Assembly: GCA_932222125.1 (NCBI GenBank)
Contig: CAKNZJ010000249.1
Span: forward strand, 46,745-110,744
DNA: 64,000 nucleotides
From: an uncultured Clostridia bacterium
Lineage (GTDB): Bacteria; Bacillota; Clostridia; Oscillospirales; Oscillospiraceae
Direction: 5' to 3'
The notes under the pieces were generated by a model. The model was not told the DNA's origin. It saw only the letters and a program-made list of their open reading frames with translations, and did no database searches. How positions within the stretch are numbered: position 1 is the first letter of the stretch; every line of letters begins with the position of its first letter. The position numbers and the translations under genes were made by a program. Below, piece after piece: positions 8,988 through 17,303 of this stretch.

Positions 8988-10403
8988 TTATGGTTCAGCG
9001 GTATAGAGTCCTTGGTTTTGTGCTTTGGTGACGGTCCAAAGCTGCATTCCTCCTACCAGAACAAAGGTGGATACAGCGGGAGAAACCAGAGCATGACCAG
9101 CAATCGCGGCAATTGCGAAAGCGGCTAGGGAGGTATACAAATAGGTGCAGTAGTTCAGGCTGGCCAGTCGCTTAAACGGACGTTTGAAAAACTGAATGAT
9201 GGCCCAGATAAAGAAGCAGAAATAGGGCACAAAGTAGAGGGTAAAGCCAATAATACCATGGCGGATCAGGATAGCCAGGGGATCCATTTCGATCATGAAC
9301 CATACGCTGCGGCCATAGGATGCTACATCGGCGTAACCGATACCCAACAGTTTGGCTGCCAGTCCTCCCTCAGCGTATACCTGAAGGCTTGGTGAAGCGC
9401 TGAACAGCCGGCGGCTGAGGATTTGGTCCAACCGCTGGACGAAGTCGTTGTCCCGAATGAGCGTGCGCAGCCAGGTGCCCTGACTGGCCCGCTGGATTTC
9501 CTCGCCCCAGGAAGCGGCCAGCAGTTCAGAGTCCTCATTCATGATCTCCAAATAAATGTTGTTAAGATAGCTTTGAAGGGGCGAGACAAAAAAGAGACCA
9601 ATGATAAGCAGGGTTAGTCCCCCTAGGATCAGCACCCGATAGGCATCCTCCCGGGTGCGGGACTGCCGGGCGCGGACTACCATCCAGACCAGGGCAGCCA
9701 TACAGTAGAGTAGAACTATGCCAAAGACGATCTTAGTGCCGATAAAGGTGGCGCTGAAGGCCACTGAAATCAGTACCCAGGCCATGAGCACCCCCTTCCA
9801 CCAGGTTGCACGGGTGATGGTGGAAATGACCTGCAGGCAGTAGTAGATGGTCACCGGGGCGGTGAGGGCGATGATACAGCTCACTTCATTGGCGGCGTAA
9901 AACCATCCCTTGAAACCATAGCCGGAACTACCATATGACACAAAGCTGGTGCCGGTCATGGCGGCCAGAAGGATGACTCCGGAATATAGCCCTCCGGCCC
10001 AGGCGATAGCGCGGGTGGACACCAAGTGTCCATATTCCTGGTAAATGGCCCACAAAAATACCAGCACAAGGGGGGCAAAGAAGGTCTTTACAACCTCCTT
10101 TAGGTTTTCCGCGCACAGGGCCAGCCCCCCCAGGGAGTACATATAGCACATAAAAGCGGCCAGATAGGCAAGCAGGATGACCAGAATGGTGAGGCACAGC
10201 CTTTTGCCGGGGAATTTGCTGACAAAAACCACGTAGAGGAAGGTCAAGGCCATGAACAGTGCCCGCACCAATACTCCGGCGGTGATGGGGAGTTCGGCGT
10301 TAGCGGCCAACGCGGTGAGAATATCCAGCAGGGGCTGAAGGATGAGGTAGATGCCAAGGATCAGTGGAAGCTGTTTCTGGGAAAAGTCGCGGAGCTTTTG
10401 CAT
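8988..10403 (-). CDS. polytopic membrane protein, O-antigen ligase/polymerase-like
   Basis: ATG 10403 behind AAGGTGG. At least 10 hydrophobic helices. The family call rests on overall resemblance to Wzy_C-type proteins only. Confidence 0.55.
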   Translation of the reverse strand: MQKLRDFSQKQLPLILGIYLILQPLLDILTALAANAELPITAGVLVRALFMALTFLYVVFVSKFPGKRLCLTILVILLAYLAAFMCYMYSLGGLALCAENLKEVVKTFFAPLVLVFLWAIYQEYGHLVSTRAIAWAGGLYSGVILLAAMTGTSFVSYGSSGYGFKGWFYAANEVSCIIALTAPVTIYYCLQVISTITRATWWKGVLMAWVLISVAFSATFIGTKIVFGIVLLYCMAALVWMVVRARQSRTREDAYRVLILGGLTLLIIGLFFVSPLQSYLNNIYLEIMNEDSELLAASWGEEIQRASQGTWLRTLIRDNDFVQRLDQILSRRLFSASPSLQVYAEGGLAAKLLGIGYADVASYGRSVWFMIEMDPLAILIRHGIIGFTLYFVPYFCFFIWAIIQFFKRPFKRLASLNYCTYLYTSLAAFAIAAIAGHALVSPAVSTFVLVGGMQLWTVTKAQNQGLYTAEP

Positions 10404-10546
10404 AACAAACCACCTTTTTGGGATAAGCACAAGGGTGTGAAATTGCATAGGAAAAGTATAATACGGGCAGGACGGAAATGCAACCATAAAATGGGTTCAA
10501 CCTGCCCTTATGGAGATCGGGTGGTTGAGGCCGGGTATGTAGGGGG

Positions 10547-11728
10547 TTACAGCGCAGCCCGCAGTGCCTCCGCCATATCGGTCCGCTCCCAGGACAGGTC
10601 CAGCTCAGGGCGACCAAAGTGACCGTAAAAGGAGAGCTGACGATAGATAGGGCGGCGCAGGCCAAGCCGGTGAATGATGGCGGTGGGGCGTAGGTCAAAT
10701 ACCCGGTTGACCGCTTCCTCCAGGGCTTGATCGGACACGGAGCCGGTGCCAAAGGTATCCACTCGCACGGAGACTGGTCGGGCCACCCCAATGGCATAGG
10801 CTAATTGAACCTGGCACCGGTCGGCCAGACCGGCGGCCACCACGTTTTTGGCCACCCATCGGGCAGCGTAAGCGGCGGAGCGATCCACCTTGGTGGGGTC
10901 TTTGCCGGAGAAAGCGCCTCCGCCATGGGGGGCTGCCCCTCCGTAGGTATCCACAATGATCTTGCGCCCGGTGAGTCCCACGTCCCCTTGAGGGCCGCCC
11001 ACCACGAATCGTCCGGTAGGATTAATGTAGATTTTGGTGTGCTCGTCCAACAGTCTGGCAGGGATGGTGGGCTGGATGACCAGCCGGATCATGTCTTGCC
11101 GGATTTGTTCTGGAGCGGCCTCGGGGCCATGCTGGGTGGACAGTACCACGGTGTCAATCCGAAGGGGGCTGCCATCCTCGCCGTACTCTACAGTGACCTG
11201 GGTTTTGCCATCAGGGCGAAGGTATTCTACCAGCCCTTGCTTGCGCACGGCAGTCAGGCGCTGGGCCAACTTGTGGGACAGGGAGATGGCCAGGGGCATC
11301 AGCTCCTCGGTCTCCCGGCAGGCGTAGCCGAACATCATGCCCTGGTCTCCGGCGCCACCTGTGGAATCATCGTTCATCTCACCTACCCGGACTTCTAAGG
11401 CTTGATCCACCCCCTGGGCAATATCAGGAGATTGTTCGTCAATGTTGATGATGACAGCACAGGTGTCGCAGTCAAAGCCAAACTTGGCCCGGTCGTATCC
11501 GATGTCTCGGATGACCGTTCGGGCAATTTTGGGGATATCCACATAACAGGAGGTGGTGATTTCTCCCATGATATGGACCAGGCCGGTGGACACTGCCGTC
11601 TCGCAGGCCACCCGGGCTTGTGGGTCTTGGGCCAGGATGGCGTCTAGGATGGCGTCGGAAATTTGGTCGCAGATTTTGTCCGGGTGACCCTCGGTCACCG
11701 ATTCAGAGGTAAAAAGTCGTTTTGCCAT
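10547..11728 (-). CDS. metK: S-adenosylmethionine synthetase
   Basis: N-terminal [25 protein letters not shown] and a [16 protein letters not shown] loop. Confidence 0.95.
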   Translation of the reverse strand: MAKRLFTSESVTEGHPDKICDQISDAILDAILAQDPQARVACETAVSTGLVHIMGEITTSCYVDIPKIARTVIRDIGYDRAKFGFDCDTCAVIINIDEQSPDIAQGVDQALEVRVGEMNDDSTGGAGDQGMMFGYACRETEELMPLAISLSHKLAQRLTAVRKQGLVEYLRPDGKTQVTVEYGEDGSPLRIDTVVLSTQHGPEAAPEQIRQDMIRLVIQPTIPARLLDEHTKIYINPTGRFVVGGPQGDVGLTGRKIIVDTYGGAAPHGGGAFSGKDPTKVDRSAAYAARWVAKNVVAAGLADRCQVQLAYAIGVARPVSVRVDTFGTGSVSDQALEEAVNRVFDLRPTAIIHRLGLRRPIYRQLSFYGHFGRPELDLSWERTDMAEALRAAL

Positions 11729-11760
11729 GATATCGTATTCCTTTCCTTAGTATAGAGAAA

Positions 11761-11910
11761 AGAAAAGCTCCCGCTCAAGGCGGGAGCAGAGGGAGCGTGT
11801 TCTTTCCTCATCTTGCGTTTCCGCTGGAATTGGCACCTTGCCTCCCAGGCAGGTTGCCGTGGCTTCATCGGGCCAATCCCTCCGCCACTCTGGATAAGGC
11901 TATTTGATTG
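11761..11910 (-). promoter_or_regulatory. SAM-I (S-box) riboswitch with expression-platform terminator
   Basis: The minus strand reads CCTTATCCAGAGTGGCGGAGGGATTGGCCCGATGAAGCCACGGCAACC...AAGGTGCCAATTCCAGCGG...AGATGAGG. It is followed by GCTCCCGC cttga GCGGGAGC TTTTCT (11787-11761). Confidence 0.85.
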
Positions 11911-11919
11911 TGCCGCTCT

Positions 11920-11947
11920 ATTATAGCACGCAGGGATGGTTTGTCAA
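11920..11947 (-). promoter_or_regulatory. metK promoter
   Basis: On the minus strand: TTGACA (11947-11942), a 16-nt spacer, then TATAAT (11925-11920). Confidence 0.6.
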
Positions 11948-11950
11948 GGT

Positions 11951-11998
11951 GTCAGGCAAGAGGGAAGCGCTCAGCTGAGCGCTTCCCTCTTGCCTGAC
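11951..11998. repeat. 48-bp perfect palindrome (24-bp arms, no spacer)
   Basis: GTCAGGCAAGAGGGAAGCGCTCAG immediately followed by its exact reverse complement. Confidence 0.9.
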
Positions 11999-12026
11999 AG
12001 ATATGGCACTTGGGTGGGAACAGCTA

Positions 12027-12383
12027 TCAGCTCTTGGGCTTCGGTTTGAATATGAAGGCTACCATAACACCCAAGAAGATGGCAGCGGCAATGCCGCCGG
12101 CAGTGCTGGTCACCCCGCCAATAATAGCCCCGAGCAGTCCATCCTGGGCTACTGACTCCTTCACACCTTTGGCCAGACTGTATCCAAACCCGGTAAGTGG
12201 AACGGTGGCTCCGGCACCAGCCCATTCGGCCAGGGGCTTGTACAATCCAATGCCGCCCAATATGACGCCGGACACCACATAGGCTACCAAAATGCGGGCG
12301 GGGGTGAGTTTGGTGCGGTCAATCAAAATCTGACCAATGATACAGAAAAGGCCGCCCACAAGAAATGCTTTTAAATAGTCCAT
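12027..12383 (-). CDS. spoVAE: stage V sporulation protein AE
   Basis: 118-aa membrane protein beginning MDYLKAFLVGGLFCIIGQ. ATG 12383 lies 1 nt after the spoVAD stop. The longer tracked ORF, which runs to 12644, overlaps spoVAD. Confidence 0.85.
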   Translation of the reverse strand: MDYLKAFLVGGLFCIIGQILIDRTKLTPARILVAYVVSGVILGGIGLYKPLAEWAGAGATVPLTGFGYSLAKGVKESVAQDGLLGAIIGGVTSTAGGIAAAIFLGVMVAFIFKPKPKS

Positions 12384-12384
12384 A

Positions 12385-13401
12385 TTAGCGTCCTCCCTCC
12401 AGAGCGATGGCGTGGCAGATACCGGGCACGGATTCTCCTTGCATGGTAGAGGTGGGAGAGTGGAGTGCCCCGGTGGGACAAAACAGGATGCGCTTCCACC
12501 GGCCGGCCAGAAGGCCGGGGAGAAGGTGTCCGCACAGCACCGAGGCGGAGCAGCCGCATCCGGATGCGCCGGCATGAACATCCTGTTGGTTAGTGTCAAA
12601 CAGCAGACAGCCGCAGTCGTTGTAGTTGGACAGGGGGACGCCATCTGTGGAGAAGAAGTCGGACACGATCTCCGAGCCCAGCTTGCCCAGGTCTCCTGTG
12701 ACGATTAGGTCATAGAAGTCAGGGGACAGGCCGGTGTCCTCAAAGTGGGCTTTCAGAGTATCGTAGGCGGCGGGGGCCATGGCGGCGCCCATGTTGTTGG
12801 CGTCCTTAATGCCCTTATCCACCACCTTGCCAACAGTCACCCGAGTCACAGCGGGACCTTTGGCAGATTGGGAGGTGAGCACCACTGCACCGGAGGCGGT
12901 GGCTGTCCACTGGGCGGTGGGGGTGCGTTGGCAGCCGTACTCCAGAGGGGTGCGATACTGCCGCTCTGCCGAGCAAAAGTGAGAGGAGGTGACGGCGGCG
13001 GCGTAGGTTCCATAGCCACCGCTGAGCAGTAAGGTGGCCAGGGCCAAACTTTCTCCCATGGTAGAGCAGGCACCGTATAGCCCAAAGAAGGGGACTCCGG
13101 AAGCCCGGGCGGCATAGCCGGAGCCAATGCATTGGTTGAGCAGATCTCCGGCCAACATCAGATCCAGGTCTACTGTGTGAAGTTGCGCCCGCTTCAACGC
13201 AGCGTCTAGGGCAAGCTGCTGCATGGATGACTCAGCCTGCTCCCAGCTCTTGGCGCCAAAGGTGTCATCTTTACAGGTGTGGTCAAAGTGACGGCCTAGG
13301 GGGCCGGAGCTCTCCTTTTGGCCGGCGGCAGAGCCATAGCCGATGATGATAGGGGGCGACGCCGGCTGAAAGGACTGGCGGCCCAGCTTTTTATTCTCCA
13401 T
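12385..13401 (-). CDS. spoVAD: stage V sporulation protein AD
   Basis: ATG 13401 behind AAGGAG. Thiolase-like fold with sequence typical of SpoVAD (IIIGYGSAAGQKE...LYGACST). Confidence 0.9.
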   Translation of the reverse strand: MENKKLGRQSFQPASPPIIIGYGSAAGQKESSGPLGRHFDHTCKDDTFGAKSWEQAESSMQQLALDAALKRAQLHTVDLDLMLAGDLLNQCIGSGYAARASGVPFFGLYGACSTMGESLALATLLLSGGYGTYAAAVTSSHFCSAERQYRTPLEYGCQRTPTAQWTATASGAVVLTSQSAKGPAVTRVTVGKVVDKGIKDANNMGAAMAPAAYDTLKAHFEDTGLSPDFYDLIVTGDLGKLGSEIVSDFFSTDGVPLSNYNDCGCLLFDTNQQDVHAGASGCGCSASVLCGHLLPGLLAGRWKRILFCPTGALHSPTSTMQGESVPGICHAIALEGGR

Positions 13402-13481
13402 ATGGAAAAACTCCTTTGGAATGGTATCGGACTTAGTGTTTGCCAAGGTGGAAAATTTCATGCGCGGGAGAGATGGTTCTC

Positions 13482-13511
13482 CTTGGAAAAGGTGGGGTAG
13501 GTATGATATAA
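13482..13511 (+). promoter_or_regulatory. candidate promoter
   Basis: TTGGAA, an 18-nt spacer, then TGATATAAT (extended -10). Confidence 0.45.
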
Positions 13512-13595
13512 TGAGCTAAATCACAGTCACAGCGTTTTGCGACGATGCCATTGATGGAAAAAACAGCCAGGAATGGCCCTGGGGAGGATGATACC

Positions 13596-14213
13596 ATGCC
13601 TGAAGAAAAGCGAACTATAGGATATATCTGCCCGGTGTGCGGAAAGGCAGTCGTTATAGAGCGGACTGCGTTTCAGCTTACCGCTGGAAGCGGAGTGCTG
13701 CCCTGTCCCTGCGGCAAGTCCGAGTTGGTCGTTCATCAGATGGGGGACAGGTGCCAGATCACCGTACCCTGCCTGTTTTGCGCCAGGGACCATCATGCCG
13801 TGTGTTCGAACCGGGCGCTGTTGAGGCAGAGACTGTTGGCGCTATCCTGCTCCAAATCGGGGCTGGCCTGCTGCTACATTGGGGTGGAGGACAAGGTGTT
13901 TCAGGCCATGGAAAGGCTGGAAGGGATAGTGGACAAGCTGCGTCTAGACAGCCAGACAAATACCCATGGGGCATTTCTCAATGAGACGGTCATGGAAGAG
14001 ACGTTGGCTGAGCTGCGGGATATAGCTGCCCGAGGGGGTATCCGATGCGGCTGCGGTTCAACGGACTATGGGGTAAAGGTGGGGTACTCCTCGGTAGATA
14101 TTGTATGTGCCCAGTGCGGCGGTGCGCTTCGCCTGCCCGCCGCCAAACTGGAGGATATGGAAGGCCTCTGCGCCCGTGACACATTGACAATTCCGGGAAA
14201 GGAGGAACTTTGA
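13596..14213 (+). CDS. Cys-rich (multiple CxxC) hypothetical protein
   Basis: ATG 13596 behind GGAGG. Cys pairs are CPVCGK, CPCGK, CLFC, CGCG and CAQCGG. The stop lies 1 nt before the next ATG. Confidence 0.55.
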   Translation: MPEEKRTIGYICPVCGKAVVIERTAFQLTAGSGVLPCPCGKSELVVHQMGDRCQITVPCLFCARDHHAVCSNRALLRQRLLALSCSKSGLACCYIGVEDKVFQAMERLEGIVDKLRLDSQTNTHGAFLNETVMEETLAELRDIAARGGIRCGCGSTDYGVKVGYSSVDIVCAQCGGALRLPAAKLEDMEGLCARDTLTIPGKEEL

Positions 14214-14214
14214 C

Positions 14215-14952
14215 ATGAGTGTGATTTACGAGACGCAACTGCGGGTGGACTCCCGTGACGTGGATCTGTTTAACCAATGTCGGCCGTCGGCGGTGCTGGG
14301 ATTGATGCAGGAGGCCGCTACCCAAGCGGCTCAGGATCTGGGGGTATCCGGCCCGCAGATTATGGATCGGTACGGCTGCATGTGGATGGTGGTGCGCAGC
14401 TGGGTGGAGCTGGAGGCGCCCCTGCGGTGGAATGACCAAATTACGTTGCAGACCTGGCACCGCGGGGCATCGGGCGTGTCCACTTATCGAGACTTTGAGT
14501 TCTACCGGGATGGCCAGTACATTGGTCAGGGAGTGTCCTCCTGGGTGATGGTGGAGGCGGACAGCCGCAGGATGTTTCGGTTAAAGAACCTGGCGGAGTT
14601 TCAGGGCACGGACGGCGGCGAACGCAACAAAACCATCCGGCTCCGCCGGGTAAAGCTGCCGGAAGTCTTTGACGGCAGGGTCCGCCGAGACATGGGCTAT
14701 TCCGACACTGACATCAACGGACATATCAACAACATGCGCTATGCCGACTTTGCCTGTGATGCCCTTCATTTAGAGCGGTTGGGACAGGGGGAGTTTGTGC
14801 GCTCTTTCCAGATCGGGTATCTCAGCGAGTGCCGTGCCGGAGATCCCATATTGATTGATATAGCCCGCAAGGGAAAGGAGTTGTTCGTCCGAGGGGCAGG
14901 GGAGGATGGGGCGGACCGGTTTGATTTCTCCCTGACTCTGGCCTTGCTATAA
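14215..14952 (+). CDS. acyl-ACP thioesterase
   Basis: Double hotdog architecture, with an N-terminus (YETQLRVDSRDVDLFNQCRPSAVLGLMQEAA) typical of the FatA/FatB-like bacterial family. Confidence 0.8.
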   Translation: MSVIYETQLRVDSRDVDLFNQCRPSAVLGLMQEAATQAAQDLGVSGPQIMDRYGCMWMVVRSWVELEAPLRWNDQITLQTWHRGASGVSTYRDFEFYRDGQYIGQGVSSWVMVEADSRRMFRLKNLAEFQGTDGGERNKTIRLRRVKLPEVFDGRVRRDMGYSDTDINGHINNMRYADFACDALHLERLGQGEFVRSFQIGYLSECRAGDPILIDIARKGKELFVRGAGEDGADRFDFSLTLALL

Positions 14953-14965
14953 GATGATCTGCCGG

Positions 14966-15352
14966 TTACAAAAGATTTTTCCAGCTTGGGATCTCTCCTT
15001 CAATGAGCAGATTGAGCTGGATAAGCAGTTTGGCATTGACAGAGGTGTATTCCGCCGGTTGATGCTCCTGACCTTGCAGGAAGGCTAGCGCCTCCCCGAA
15101 GGAGGTGAGGATTGCGTCGATATCGGCGTGATGGAGGGTGATGTGAAGATAATGCTCATGCTTCTCCCAGCGCTCCATGGCCTGGCGGGTGAGTTCCTCC
15201 GCCTGCTTCCAGTCTCCGGATGCCACATGTTCTTGGGCCTGATCTAGCAGGTTGGTAAGCTGGTGGGTGAATCCATTCAGATATACGACGTGGATGGTGG
15301 ACAGAACGGACAGCAGCACGATAAGGGCTGCGGAGAGCCAAAGTCGTTTCAT
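14966..15352 (-). CDS. DUF4363 family protein
   Basis: N-terminal anchor plus a helical domain. It shows the usual 4-nt overlap with the upstream DUF421 gene. Confidence 0.7.
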   Translation of the reverse strand: MKRLWLSAALIVLLSVLSTIHVVYLNGFTHQLTNLLDQAQEHVASGDWKQAEELTRQAMERWEKHEHYLHITLHHADIDAILTSFGEALAFLQGQEHQPAEYTSVNAKLLIQLNLLIEGEIPSWKNLL

Positions 15353-16029
15353 GTCTTTCCCTCCTTCGAGATACAGTAGGTGTTGCCTGCCTCATCCACA
15401 GTGAGCAGCAGCGCCTGGCTGGGCCTGTGCAGGCCGTGGACAGCCAACTGTTTTTCCAGCCAGACTTCCTCATACCCCATACCTTTCAGATTGTGGGCCA
15501 GCAGCCGTCCATCGCTGATGAGAATGACCGGCAAGCCTTTCTCTTCTGGGGAGAGGCCCATCTGAGTGGCGGTTACCGGCCGGTCCTTGGCATAGGGGAG
15601 GACGGAGAGCTGCCCGCTGGTCTCCAGCATGGCAAACTTGATAGACTTAAAATCGGAGTAGCCTTGAATGCGTAATTCTTCCATCAGCTCATCTACAGTG
15701 AGGCGGTTTTTCCGCAGCTCACGCTCCACCACCTGGCCGTTTTCCACTACAATGGAGGGCTTGCCGCACAGGATGGCCCGAAAGCGGATGGACTTGGTGG
15801 ACAGCACCGTCAAAATGGTGGACAGGGACAGCAGTACGATGATGGGGATCAGCCCGGCCAGCAGCGGGATGCCGTTGTCCTGCATGGGAACGGAGGCCAG
15901 ATCGGCGATGATGAGAGCAAGCACCAGTTCAGAGGGCTCAAGTTGACCGATCTGATGCTTGCCCAGAAGCCGGATGCCCACGATAATCAGTAGATAGAGC
16001 GTGATGGTACGGATGAGAACCACAAACAC
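15349..16029 (-). CDS. DUF421 (YetF-like) membrane protein
   Basis: N-terminal TM helices and the motif GQLEPSELVLALIIADLA. Confidence 0.8.
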   Translation of the reverse strand: MFVVLIRTITLYLLIIVGIRLLGKHQIGQLEPSELVLALIIADLASVPMQDNGIPLLAGLIPIIVLLSLSTILTVLSTKSIRFRAILCGKPSIVVENGQVVERELRKNRLTVDELMEELRIQGYSDFKSIKFAMLETSGQLSVLPYAKDRPVTATQMGLSPEEKGLPVILISDGRLLAHNLKGMGYEEVWLEKQLAVHGLHRPSQALLLTVDEAGNTYCISKEGKT

Positions 16030-16220
16030 AAAAACACCTCATTTAAAAAGCGGATGAAAAAGATATACTTGCACATTTTGCCCTTGGAAGGGAATCGATA
16101 TGCCTCCAGTTTGTCCAAAATTCCGATTTTGAATAATGACGAAAAAAGGAGGGGGGAATTGCTTGTTTTTTGCGAACAAATACGCTAAAATGGATAGAGT
16201 ATAAAAAAGGTGGGATTGCA

Positions 16221-17303
16221 TTGAAGGCAACTTTGATTTTGGCCAATGGCACCATCTTCCGGGGAATAGCCATCGGGGCTGTGGAGGACCGGGTGTGTGA
16301 GATGGTGTTCAATACCTCTATGACGGGGTATCAGGAGATTTTGACCGATCCGTCCTATGCCGGACAGGGCGTGGTCATGTCCTATCCTCTCATCGGCAAT
16401 TATGGCGTGAACAGCGAGGACAACGAGTCCGTCCGCCCTTGGGCAGAGGCCTTTGTGGTCCGTCATTTGTCCCCCACAGGAAGCAATTTCCGTTGTGAGG
16501 ACAGTCTGGATCATTATCTAAAATCCAATCATATTGTGGGCATTCAGGGGATTGACACCCGGGCCCTTACCAGAATCCTCCGCAGCCAAGGGACCATGAA
16601 TGGCATGATCACCTGTGCGGAGCATTTTCATATCAACGAGGTGTTGGAGCGGCTGGCCGCCTACCGGGTGTCGGGTACGGTGGAGCGGGTGAGCCGGCGG
16701 GAGCGGGAGGTGCTCCCCGCCATAGGAGGCCAACGCTTCCGTGTGGCCCTGATGGACTACGGAATGAAGCAGAATATGGTGGAGTGCTTGCGCCGCAGGG
16801 GATGTGAGGTCACCATCTGTCCGGCGCACACCCCCGCCCGGGAGGTTTTGGAGGGGGGCTTCGATGGAGTGATGCTGTCAAATGGCCCCGGCGATCCAGC
16901 AGACAATGTGGAGATCATTGCCCAGGTGCGAGAGCTGTACCAGTCGGAGCTGCCCATATTCGCCGTTTGCTTAGGCCATCAGCTTCTGGCGCTGGCCACC
17001 GGCGCGTCCACCCATAAAATGACCTTTGGCCACCGGGGTGGAAACCATCCGGTGAAGGATCTGGAGGCGGGACGGTGCTTTATCACCAGCCAGAACCACG
17101 GCTATGTGGTGGATGCGGACACGTTGGATCCAGCGGTGGCCCAGGTCTCCCACCGCAATGTCAATGATGGCACGGTGGAGGGATTGAGATACAAGCGTCC
17201 CAACTGCTTCACTGTCCAGTTCCACCCAGAGGCCAGCCCAGGCCCGCAAGATACCGAGTACTTATTTGACCGTTTTCTAGCAAATATGGGAGGTGACCGG
17301 TGA
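16221..17303 (+). CDS. carA: carbamoyl-phosphate synthase small subunit
   Basis: TTG 16221 lies 6 nt after AAGGTGGG and gives (M)KATLILANGTIF. Glutamine amidotransferase triad region CLGHQ. Confidence 0.9.
   Translation: MKATLILANGTIFRGIAIGAVEDRVCEMVFNTSMTGYQEILTDPSYAGQGVVMSYPLIGNYGVNSEDNESVRPWAEAFVVRHLSPTGSNFRCEDSLDHYLKSNHIVGIQGIDTRALTRILRSQGTMNGMITCAEHFHINEVLERLAAYRVSGTVERVSRREREVLPAIGGQRFRVALMDYGMKQNMVECLRRRGCEVTICPAHTPAREVLEGGFDGVMLSNGPGDPADNVEIIAQVRELYQSELPIFAVCLGHQLLALATGASTHKMTFGHRGGNHPVKDLEAGRCFITSQNHGYVVDADTLDPAVAQVSHRNVNDGTVEGLRYKRPNCFTVQFHPEASPGPQDTEYLFDRFLANMGGDR

Noticed and set aside
12384-12644. N-terminal 87-residue extension of the spoVAE ORF
   Set aside because: It overlaps spoVAD completely. 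The real spoVAE start is ATG 12383, directly after the spoVAD stop.
16100-16220. Possible ArgR/AhrC-type or PyrR-type control site upstream of carA (TTTGAATAATGAC)
   Set aside because: It is a single weak half-site-like string. I cannot support a box without a matrix search.
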